From the NCBI RefSeq assembly GCF_000092105.1, contig NC_014148.1, forward strand, positions 5,160,001 to 5,192,000: a stretch of 32,000 nucleotides of DNA, given 5' to 3'. The stretch comes from Planctopirus limnophila DSM 3776 (lineage in GTDB: Bacteria > Planctomycetota > Planctomycetia > Planctomycetales > Planctomycetaceae). Below, in pieces: positions 8,396 to 16,101 of this stretch (the first letter of the stretch is position 1; each line of letters starts with the position of its first letter). The notes beneath the pieces were generated by a model that saw only the letters and a list, made by a program, of their open reading frames with translations, was not told where the DNA came from and made no database searches. The position numbers were made by a program, and so were the translations under genes.

Positions 8396-10054
8396 ATGGA
8401 GAATTCACCCAACCCACGCCGATCTGCCGCCAAACGCCCTGCTCAGGGCCAGTCCTACCCGAAGTCTTCCCGTCGTCCTGCGACAAATCGACCGCCAGCG
8501 GGAGGTGAAGGTTCGGAGACGAGGGGAGAATCCGCACGCAATCGTCGTGGAGACAATACTCCGCAGGGCGACAATCGCGCAGCAGGTGGCCGTCGCTATG
8601 GCACCCCATCTCGTGGGCCGGATGCGCGATCGCGCGGGCCTGCACCGCGAAATCCTGCGACGGGCGAGTTTCAAACTCATGAAACCAGCAATGCCAAATC
8701 TGTCCGCCAGCGTCGGGCACAGATCGATTCGGGAAGTGAAGTTCAGCGCCGACTGGCGTTGTACTCGCCCGAGATGTTGAGCCCGCGTCCACTGACCGCA
8801 GACAAGATTCCGGTCATTGTGGCGCGCAGCCCCAGCAGGCATCCTTACTACTTTCGCAAAATGCTCGTCAGCGGGATTAAGGCCGCTCAGCCAGGCGATC
8901 TCGTGAAGGTCGTGTTAGAAGAATCGCAGCAGACACTCGGCTACGGGCTCTACAATCCGCGGGCCGAGATGACTGTCCGCATGCTGACGCGGGGTGATCA
9001 GATTCCTGATGAAGCGTGGTGGAAATCCAAGCTCGAGGCGGCCGTCAAATTCCGTACAGAGACCTTGGGACTCGAACAGCAGGGCAATGTCTATCGACTG
9101 GTGCATGCCGAAGGAGATGGATTGCCGGGACTGATGGTTGATCGTTATGGCGATGTTCTTTCCGTCGAGGCCTTCAACCTGGGGATGTATCAGCGGGCCG
9201 AAAGTATTCTGGATCTGCTGGCGGCATGCACCGGAGCGAAGCATGGCATTTTGAGGCCCGGCGCTTATGCCGCTCAACTGGAAGGCTTTGATGCTGACCC
9301 GTTTGGCTCGGAGAATGCTCCTGAGAGTGTGCAGGTGGTCGAGAATGGCGTGAAGTACGAAGTTCAGTTTGAAGATGGCCACAAGACGGGCTTTTTCTGT
9401 GATCAGCGGCAGAATCGCGCGCGAGTGGCTGAGTTGGCAGCCGGGCAGCGTGTGCTGGATTTATGTTGCTACTCGGGCGGATTTGCGCTCTCGGCGGCTG
9501 TTTCCGGTGCGAAAAGCGTACACGGCGTTGATCTGGATGAAGCGGCCATTGCTGTGGCCAAAAAGAATGCCAAGCTCAACAAAGTCCAGATTGAATGGGC
9601 GCATGCCGACATTTTCGCCTGGATGCGTGAAGCTCAGAAACAGGGCCAGCAGTGGGATATCGTGGTTCTCGACCCGCCGAAACTCATTCGCACACGTGAT
9701 GATTATGAAGATGGTCGCAAGAAGTATTTCGATATGAATCGACTGGCCGCCAGTCTTGTGTCGCCAGGTGGTATGTTGATTACCTGCAGTTGTTCGGGGT
9801 TGTTATCTTCTGCCGATTTTACACGTGTCACGGGCTATGCGATCGACAATGCCGGTCGATCGGCCCGACTGTGCGAGCAGACGGGTGCCGGGCCCGATCA
9901 TCCCGTGCATGTGCGCTGCCCGGAATCGCTCTATTTGAAGGTGAACTGGTATTGGTTCGATGAAGCTCCCGTGACGAAGTCTACGCACTTGCCGGAAGGC
10001 CTCATGGAAGACTTCACAGACGAGAGCGATGCTTTGGCAGACTCAGACGAATAG
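8396..10054 (+). CDS. RlmI/RlmK-like class I SAM-dependent rRNA (cytosine-C5) methyltransferase with an Arg/Gly-rich N-terminal extension
   Basis: Core motifs: 'YRLVHAEGDGLPGLMVDRYGDVLSVE', 'KTGFFCDQRQNR', 'VLDLCCYSGGFAL', 'VVLDPPK'. Homology to E. coli-type RlmI begins near 'KIPVIVARSPSRHPYYFRK', around the alternative ATG at 8774. The 126 codons upstream are open in frame and encode basic, disordered sequence. Confidence 0.85.
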   Translation: MENSPNPRRSAAKRPAQGQSYPKSSRRPATNRPPAGGEGSETRGESARNRRGDNTPQGDNRAAGGRRYGTPSRGPDARSRGPAPRNPATGEFQTHETSNAKSVRQRRAQIDSGSEVQRRLALYSPEMLSPRPLTADKIPVIVARSPSRHPYYFRKMLVSGIKAAQPGDLVKVVLEESQQTLGYGLYNPRAEMTVRMLTRGDQIPDEAWWKSKLEAAVKFRTETLGLEQQGNVYRLVHAEGDGLPGLMVDRYGDVLSVEAFNLGMYQRAESILDLLAACTGAKHGILRPGAYAAQLEGFDADPFGSENAPESVQVVENGVKYEVQFEDGHKTGFFCDQRQNRARVAELAAGQRVLDLCCYSGGFALSAAVSGAKSVHGVDLDEAAIAVAKKNAKLNKVQIEWAHADIFAWMREAQKQGQQWDIVVLDPPKLIRTRDDYEDGRKKYFDMNRLAASLVSPGGMLITCSCSGLLSSADFTRVTGYAIDNAGRSARLCEQTGAGPDHPVHVRCPESLYLKVNWYWFDEAPVTKSTHLPEGLMEDFTDESDALADSDE

Positions 10055-10092
10055 AAAATCGCTGAGTTTCTGCTTCATCGAAGAGCGGTTTT
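10055..10092. terminator. Candidate bidirectional intrinsic terminator between convergent genes
   Basis: aaaatcgct (10055-10063) pairs with agcggtttt (10084-10092), giving 9 bp including one G-U. An inner cttc/gaag pairing is present. An A-run lies 5' and a T-run 3'. It sits exactly between the stops at 10054 (+) and 10095 (-). Confidence 0.4.
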
Positions 10093-10094
10093 GA

Positions 10095-12503
10095 TCACCA
10101 GATGGGGATCACTTTGCCAGAGCGATCCTGCTTGAAGGGGACCCAGGCGAGGATCATCCGCTCGACCTTCATATCGGTCTTCTTGGGCGTGAGTTGCGTT
10201 TCTTCCAGCACATATCGAGAAGGGTCGAGTCCGACGATTTCATCAATCTCGTGCTGGAAGTCGTCCTGCAGCTTCTGAATCTGTGAACGGACGGCCCCGA
10301 CGGTTTCTTCGGCTCGGCCGACATCACCCCGTTCTTCCAGAACCCGAGAGGCAGCACGGGCTGATGTCGCTGCTCTGGAAAGGTTCGTCGTCGAGATCTT
10401 TTTCCGGCTGGTAAAGGCCCCTAACAGTGATGTTCCAAAACTGATGACAGCGGAAAGTGTCTGGGAGTTCGCCTGACTTTTCTGCTTTTCAGCCGTCTGC
10501 TCGGCTCGTCGCAGTCGATCTTCGAGGGTCTGCAGCTTGGACTGATATTTGGCCTGAATTTTGGCCTTGGCCAGTTCCCTTTGATCGCGATGTCCCTGAT
10601 CCAGTCTCTGGCGGAAATCGCCTTCTGATTCGCCCGGCAGCGAGATCCCTTTGGGATCAGCACATTTGAAGAGGGAAAGTTTACGGGATCGATAAAGGCA
10701 ATCTTTCAGAGCTGTCGCCTGAGAAGTGTACGTCTTCGCTCGAAAGAGTTCAGCAGGAGGCTGAGTAAAGGTGGCATTGGCGTCAGGGCTGCTGGCAAGG
10801 GTTAACTCCCCTTCGAGTTCTTCGGCCGCTTCCCAGTTGAGAGCCTCACCTTCGTGGGCTGGCAACAGGAGAGAAACTGTCTGCCATTCGTCGATCCCAC
10901 CTGTTGTCTGTGTAAAGTGCATACGGGCTGTGGCGTAGAGCGCGGGATGATAGATCAGGTTCTCGCCCGTCGAGAGAGCCCCCGACCGCTCGATGAAGAC
11001 TTCCGAAACTTCGGGCGGAAGGACAGGTCTGGTTCCTGTCGCAGCATCCGCATGCCAGGTCGAAGCGGTGTGATCCTCGGGCATTTGCGATTTGCGTTCG
11101 TCCATCAGCAGTTGAATCTGCTCTCGACTGAGTGGCCCCCGCAGGTAGGAAAGGGCCCAGCGCGACTGGAAGACTGTGGGCTGATCATCGTGGACATTGT
11201 TCATGAGAAACACCCGGCTGCCGAGCGAAGACAGGAGTTTCTCCATCGAACTGCGATCAAAGGCATGGCCAGTGGCTGTCGAGGCTCCTTCGAGACCATC
11301 GAGCACACGGAGTTTATCGCGCTCGGTTTGTAAACGACCGATCAGCCAGGTCCCACAATTGGAGAGGCCCTTGTAATCGAGATCGACAGGATTCTGCGTT
11401 GCCAGGACACAACCCAGACCAAAGGCGCGAGCCTGCTTGAGTAGCGTGAGCATGGGCTGTTTGCTGGGTGGGTTGGCACTGGGCGGGAAGTAGCCGAAGA
11501 TTTCATCCATGTAGAGCAACGCTCGAAGTGCTGTCGTTCCCGATTGAGCACGCATCCAGCTGATGACTTCACCGAGCAGGATCGTGACGAAGAACATGCG
11601 CTCGGCATCACTCAAATGAGCGATCGACAGGATCGCAATGCGGGGTTTGCCTTCTGGTGTATAGAGCAGTCTTTGGATATCGAGTGGTTCGCCAGTCATC
11701 CAGGCTTGAAACCCGGGCGAAGCGAGTAGGTTGTTGAGCGACATCGCAAACGAGAATCGGTCTTTGGCGGGGAAGAAACTTTCCAGATCGAGAAAGCCAA
11801 CTCGATCAAAGGGGGGCTGCTGGATATCGCGAATCAGGCGGCCCAATTCGAGATTCTGCCCCTCGCGCCATGATCGTTCGACAAGTGTTGAAAGGAGAAT
11901 GTGTTCTCTGCTGCGGAGTGGATCAGCATCGACACCCAAGAGAGCGAGCAGTCCTGAAACTGCACTTCCAATCCTTTCGCGAAAGGCCTCGGCGTTATCG
12001 CGAATGACGGGAGGCGGAGCCGAGAGGGATTTGAGAATTGTCAGTGGGACCCCGACAGTGCTGCCGGGAGTGTAGATGCAGACATCGGCCGATTCGCGGA
12101 AACGGGCAATTCGCTCGGGAGGCTGATCCCAGGCTGCGAGGCCCTCTTTCCACTGTGTGGCGGTTTTGGCTGCAAGTTCATCGACCGTGAGCCCTTTGCG
12201 AGTCGCTTCGCCGGGATCGATCCAGGGTTTGAAATCGGCCGGTTTAAGAGATGGAAACGTCAGGAGGAGATTCCCCAGATCGCCTTTGGGATCAATACAG
12301 ATGGCAGGGAGGCCATCGATGGCCGCTTCTTCCAGAAGTGACAGGCACAGGCCCGTTTTGCCGCTCCCTGTCATCCCCACGCAGAGGGCATGGGTGGTGA
12401 GATCCTTGGAGTCGTACAGGACGGGAGTATCGCTGAGCTGACCACTTGCCAGGTTGTATTCGCGACCTAAGTAGAACACTCCCAGCTTTTCGTAATCGCT
12501 CAT
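10095..12503 (-). CDS. HerA/YjgR-like (DUF87/DUF853-type) P-loop NTPase with a C-terminal coiled-coil region
   Basis: Walker A 'GMTGSGKTG', 'ICIDPKGDL', Walker B 'LLYMDEIFGY', 'VLATQNPVDLDYKGLSNCGTWLIGRLQTERD'. The C-terminal ~200 aa are coiled-coil-like (ELAKAKIQAKYQSKLQTLEDRLRRAEQTAEKQK...). AGGTGA lies 5 nt upstream of the ATG. Confidence 0.85.
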   Translation of the reverse strand: MSDYEKLGVFYLGREYNLASGQLSDTPVLYDSKDLTTHALCVGMTGSGKTGLCLSLLEEAAIDGLPAICIDPKGDLGNLLLTFPSLKPADFKPWIDPGEATRKGLTVDELAAKTATQWKEGLAAWDQPPERIARFRESADVCIYTPGSTVGVPLTILKSLSAPPPVIRDNAEAFRERIGSAVSGLLALLGVDADPLRSREHILLSTLVERSWREGQNLELGRLIRDIQQPPFDRVGFLDLESFFPAKDRFSFAMSLNNLLASPGFQAWMTGEPLDIQRLLYTPEGKPRIAILSIAHLSDAERMFFVTILLGEVISWMRAQSGTTALRALLYMDEIFGYFPPSANPPSKQPMLTLLKQARAFGLGCVLATQNPVDLDYKGLSNCGTWLIGRLQTERDKLRVLDGLEGASTATGHAFDRSSMEKLLSSLGSRVFLMNNVHDDQPTVFQSRWALSYLRGPLSREQIQLLMDERKSQMPEDHTASTWHADAATGTRPVLPPEVSEVFIERSGALSTGENLIYHPALYATARMHFTQTTGGIDEWQTVSLLLPAHEGEALNWEAAEELEGELTLASSPDANATFTQPPAELFRAKTYTSQATALKDCLYRSRKLSLFKCADPKGISLPGESEGDFRQRLDQGHRDQRELAKAKIQAKYQSKLQTLEDRLRRAEQTAEKQKSQANSQTLSAVISFGTSLLGAFTSRKKISTTNLSRAATSARAASRVLEERGDVGRAEETVGAVRSQIQKLQDDFQHEIDEIVGLDPSRYVLEETQLTPKKTDMKVERMILAWVPFKQDRSGKVIPIW

Positions 12504-12838
12504 GTTTCACCTGAGGTAGAAAATCGTCGGATCATGGAGTTTGAGTGTTCGATCTGGGATTGGCCAGAACGGCTCATGAATTGTGCTACGATCCAAGCAC
12601 AAACGGTCATTTCGAGCAAGTGGGGCCTTGATGATGAAGATCAGGGGGTGAATGAAGGCAGATTCTTACTGTAGAAATCAGCCTGCCGGCTGAGAATTCT
12701 GACGGGATTGCCGGAAAAGCTCCATCAAACTCCTGATGTTCAAAGTGATCGCCAGATAGAATTCTTCGCTGTGGAATCCAATGGAATGTGGTTTCCAACC
12801 TGCAAGAGATCCTCCCGGGAAAGAAGTCTCGATCTGCC

Positions 12839-13567
12839 ATGCCTGACATGAAGACGTTTGTCAAAATTTGTGGTGTGACGACTCCCGCACAGGCGGCTGC
12901 CATTTCGCAGCTTGGCCCGACGGCTCTGGGTTTGAATTTTTACAGCCGATCACCTCGATGCGTGACGTTAGAGCAGGCCCGCGAGATTCGTGCTGCCATG
13001 ACACCCGGAGTGCTGGCCGTGGGTGTGTTTGTGAACGAAACTGTGGAGTCCATGCTCACGATCTTCCAGAAGGCCCAACTGGATGTGATCCAGCTTCATG
13101 GAGACGAACCGGCTCATGTTGTCACTCAAATTCGAGAGGAAGCTCGATCGCAAGGATTGCCTCAACCGGGAATTTACCGCGCCTTTCGTGTGGGTGAGGA
13201 AGGTCTGGTGGATGTGTCGAAACATCTGGAAGAGTTGTCGCAATTGGGCTTCGAGTACGATGGTGTGTTGATTGATGCCAGGGTTACAACCCATTCTTCG
13301 AACCAAAACAAAGCCGGTGAAACGATCTATGGAGGAAGTGGACACCAGGCCCCGTGGCCATTGCTGATCGGCTGGCGGGAAATCTTGAGGCAGACGCCAC
13401 TTTACCTGGCGGGTGGTTTGACCCCTGCCAATGTCGAGGAAGCGATGCGAACCGTTCATCCGACTGGAGTCGATACTGCCAGTGGTGTCGAGGATTCCCC
13501 GGGGGTGAAGGATCTCGCACTATGCAGGCAATTCATTGAGAGAGCGAGATCCATTGTCGCTTCCTGA
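12839..13567 (+). CDS. trpF: N-(5'-phosphoribosyl)anthranilate isomerase
   Basis: 'VKICGVTTPAQA', 'GLNFYSRSPRCV', 'VGVFVNE', 'DVIQLHGDE', 'GGSGHQAPW', 'LAGGLTPANV'. Start chosen at the ATG at 12839 (MPDMKTFVKICG). It is somewhat longer than typical TrpF because of internal insertions. Confidence 0.88.
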   Translation: MPDMKTFVKICGVTTPAQAAAISQLGPTALGLNFYSRSPRCVTLEQAREIRAAMTPGVLAVGVFVNETVESMLTIFQKAQLDVIQLHGDEPAHVVTQIREEARSQGLPQPGIYRAFRVGEEGLVDVSKHLEELSQLGFEYDGVLIDARVTTHSSNQNKAGETIYGGSGHQAPWPLLIGWREILRQTPLYLAGGLTPANVEEAMRTVHPTGVDTASGVEDSPGVKDLALCRQFIERARSIVAS

Positions 13568-13726
13568 ATTTACGCTCTGGTGAAGGAAGGCAATTCCTTT
13601 ATTGATGATTTGGGATTAACATATCAGGGCCTGCCACGATGATTTGTTCAATGTGGCTGTGTTATTTTGTCTGATTGTTGAGCGATCGTCGTGATTTCCA
13701 GTTGGTCTGCAAAAAGGTTTCCTAAC

Positions 13727-15022
13727 ATGCTGAGTTTGTCATCATGGAGTGCGTTGTCTTCGACAACGGCTGCGATACTTTCCGGGCTGCTGCTCATTCC
13801 GACAATCTCGGCACAGGCTGACTGGCCGACATTCCGGGGTGCCGATCGTACGGCTGTCGCACCTGATACAGGCCTCTTGAAAGAGTGGCCCAAGGAAGGC
13901 CCGAAGCTGCTGTGGAAAGCAGAAGGTGCCGGTCGTGGCTATTCGAGCCTGGCAGTCGCTGGCGACAAGGTGTTCACTCTTGGTGATGCTCCATCAGTCG
14001 CAGAAGACAAGGATGAGTATCTGCTGGCCTTCAACCGGGCTGATGGCAAGCTGTTGTGGAAAACCAAGACTGGCCCCGCCTGGAATGAGGGGAAGGAGTC
14101 GTGGCAGAGTTCCCGCAGTACCCCCACAGTCGCTGGTGACGATGTGTTCGTGCTCTCTCCACAGGGAGTGCTGGTCGCTTGTGAAGCCGCTACTGGCAAG
14201 GAAATCTGGCGGAAAGATCTCAAAGCTGAGTTTAGTGGCAAGAAGGCTGACTCATGGGGCTATAGTGAATCAGTCCTGGTCGATGGCGACCGTGTGATTG
14301 TGACACCCGGCGGTCCCAAGACCACAATGGCAGCACTCAACCGTGCGACCGGTGCCACGATCTGGACGACTGTCCGTGAGGATGACCGTGGAGCAGGGCA
14401 TGCTTCGATTGTCCCTGTGACTGTGGGTGGCGTGAAGGTTTATGTGCAGACCACAGGTTCCGGCCCTCTGGGCGTGCGTGCCAACGATGGCCAGTTGCTC
14501 TGGTCATACCCCATTGAAAAGACGACAGCCGTGATTCCGACTCCCATCGTTAAGAATGATCTCGTTTTCTTCGCTGCTGGTTACAAGCGGGGTGGGGCTC
14601 TGCTGAAGCAGGTTCCTGGTGAGAACGAAACAGTGAAGATCGAGGAGGTTTATCCTCTCAATCCACGCCTGGCCAACAAGCATGGCGGGATCATCCTGAT
14701 GGGTGACTATCTTTATGGAGACTCGGACGATGCGGGGATTCCTTACTGTGCCGATCTCATGACAGGCGAAGTCAAGTGGCAAGGTCGCGGCGCCGGGAAA
14801 GGTTCTGTCTCTGTGGTGGGTGCTGATGGGAAAGCCTATTGGCGATTCAGTGACGGGATGATGGTCCTTTCGGAGACTGGGCCAGAGAAATACACCGAAA
14901 TCAGCTCTTTCCAGATTCCTGGCAGTGGTGATCGCCCCAGTTGGTCGCATCCTGTCATAACTGACGGCAAGCTCTATCTGCGTGAGCAGGACTCGATCCT
15001 CTGCTATGACCTGAAGCCATAA
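13727..15022 (+). CDS. Secreted PQQ-like (BamB-type) beta-propeller repeat protein
   Basis: Signal peptide 'MLSLSSWSALSSTTAAILSGLLLIPTISAQA', then 'DWPTFRGADRTAV'. Repeated 'G.L.A......G...W' propeller blades follow. This family is heavily expanded in Planctomycetes. Confidence 0.85.
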   Translation: MLSLSSWSALSSTTAAILSGLLLIPTISAQADWPTFRGADRTAVAPDTGLLKEWPKEGPKLLWKAEGAGRGYSSLAVAGDKVFTLGDAPSVAEDKDEYLLAFNRADGKLLWKTKTGPAWNEGKESWQSSRSTPTVAGDDVFVLSPQGVLVACEAATGKEIWRKDLKAEFSGKKADSWGYSESVLVDGDRVIVTPGGPKTTMAALNRATGATIWTTVREDDRGAGHASIVPVTVGGVKVYVQTTGSGPLGVRANDGQLLWSYPIEKTTAVIPTPIVKNDLVFFAAGYKRGGALLKQVPGENETVKIEEVYPLNPRLANKHGGIILMGDYLYGDSDDAGIPYCADLMTGEVKWQGRGAGKGSVSVVGADGKAYWRFSDGMMVLSETGPEKYTEISSFQIPGSGDRPSWSHPVITDGKLYLREQDSILCYDLKP

Positions 15023-15090
15023 CTTTTCGCTTGAGAAATCAATCGGTCTGAGCCGACAGGCAGGCCGATGCTGTCATGCAAAAATTAATG

Positions 15091-15125
15091 TCCCCCGGCC
15101 TTCTCATTAAGAGCCGGGGGATTTG
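15091..15125 (+). terminator. Candidate intrinsic terminator after the PQQ-propeller gene
   Basis: cccccggc (15092-15099) pairs with gccggggg (15113-15120), followed by ATTTGCATT. It lies about 70 nt after the stop at 15022. Its position argues against the long ORF start at 15076 for the next gene. Confidence 0.45.
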
Positions 15126-15198
15126 CATTCATGGCCCAGTCTTGCTTCACTTGCCTGCGATGTCGTTCACATATTTCTCTGGATCAACGATTCCCTCC

Positions 15199-15663
15199 AT
15201 GCCACCAATTCTTGTTGTTGCCGTCCTGCTGACGATCAGCAATCTGTTCATGACGTATGCCTGGTATGGGCACTTGAAGGATCATGCTCATCAGCCGTTG
15301 TGGATTGCGGTCCTCGTGAGTTGGGGGGTGGCGTTTTTTGAATACCTGGTGCAGGTTCCTGCCAATCGATTTGGGAATGACCATCACATCAGTCTGGCTC
15401 AACTGAAGATTTTGCAGGAAGTGATTACGTTGGCCGTATTCGTCCCCTTTGCCATTTATTACATGAACCGGCCTTTGTCCTGGAATTTTCTCTGGGCGGG
15501 TTGCTGCATGCTGGGGGCCGTTTATTTCATCTTTAACGACCCGGCTGCCAAAGCTGAAAAGCATGAGTCCGCTGCTACTTCGCAAGCTGCCAACGAGCCG
15601 CGTGCTACTCAAGAAGCCAGCCCACCACTGCCGGCAGTCACTCACTCATCTCGTGAGGATTGA
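15199..15663 (+). CDS. DMT-superfamily small membrane protein (DUF486 family)
   Basis: 'ISNLFMTYAWYGHLK' and four predicted TM helices, with 'LAQLKILQEVITLAVFVPFAIYYM'. Start placed at 'MPPILVV'; 15160 is an alternative. The C-terminus is a polar tail. Confidence 0.8.
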   Translation: MPPILVVAVLLTISNLFMTYAWYGHLKDHAHQPLWIAVLVSWGVAFFEYLVQVPANRFGNDHHISLAQLKILQEVITLAVFVPFAIYYMNRPLSWNFLWAGCCMLGAVYFIFNDPAAKAEKHESAATSQAANEPRATQEASPPLPAVTHSSRED

Positions 15664-15702
15664 GTTCAGAAAGCCGCCAGACTTTAGAGCACGATCGCCA
15701 AC

Positions 15703-15728
15703 GGGATGTGCACGTTAGTGCATATCCC
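15703..15728 (+). terminator. Strong hairpin downstream of the DMT gene (terminator-like)
   Basis: gggatgtgcac (15703-15713) pairs with gtgcatatccc (15718-15728), an 11-bp stem with one G-U and a gtta tetraloop. It lies 40 nt after the stop. The T-tract is poor (tatct). Confidence 0.4.
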
Positions 15729-16101
15729 TATCTCATGTCGATGATGTTCGATCTATTCAAAGTGCGCATCCTGGTAGCCAACTGCATGCAGCAACCTGCA
15801 ACGGGTGGAGCAATTTGCTTCGCTACGACCAGATAGTGGTGTGTTGTTCGGTGGGGTTTGGCTCGATTTTTGTAAAGCCGCGAGTCTCTTGAGGGATTGG
15901 CATGGCCTGTGCATTTCTTTAGGAAAAGTTTGAAACGGTGGTGGCTGAATTTTCGTAAATGGTTGGGGGGAGAGAGTCTCGTATCCAACTTTTTGAATCC
16001 AGTAGGGATGTCATCGGGATTTCTACTGAGGTTTGAATTTTTCTTGCCGTCGTGGTCAACAAATCGACGGCATCACTCGTGAATGGTGTGGAAGGTCAGT
16101 T

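Noticed and set aside
8313-8842. Three additional long ORFs (8313-8780 +, 8382-8792 -, 8405-8842 -) overlapping the 5' part of the RlmI-like gene
   Set aside because: All of them encode Arg/Gly/Pro/Ala-rich low-complexity sequence and overlap one another. They are best explained by a stop-codon-poor, GC-biased stretch. Only the frame continuous with the methyltransferase core has downstream homology.
10095-12503. HerA-like ATPase as the core of a defence island
   Set aside because: No Sir2, nuclease, DUF4297, methyltransferase or other effector gene is adjacent. The flanks are housekeeping genes (rlmI-like, trpF). No integrase, tRNA or repeat boundaries are visible. It is kept only as a moderate-interest orphan ATPase.
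12607-12903. 98-aa minus-strand ORF in the HerA/trpF divergent region
   Set aside because: It overlaps the trpF start on the opposite strand and has no motifs. It is likely a shadow ORF.
13583-13599. aaggaa-ggcaa-ttcctt hairpin after trpF as a terminator
   Set aside because: The stem is only 6 bp and AT-rich, with an interrupted T-run. It is plausible, but I cannot distinguish it from chance.
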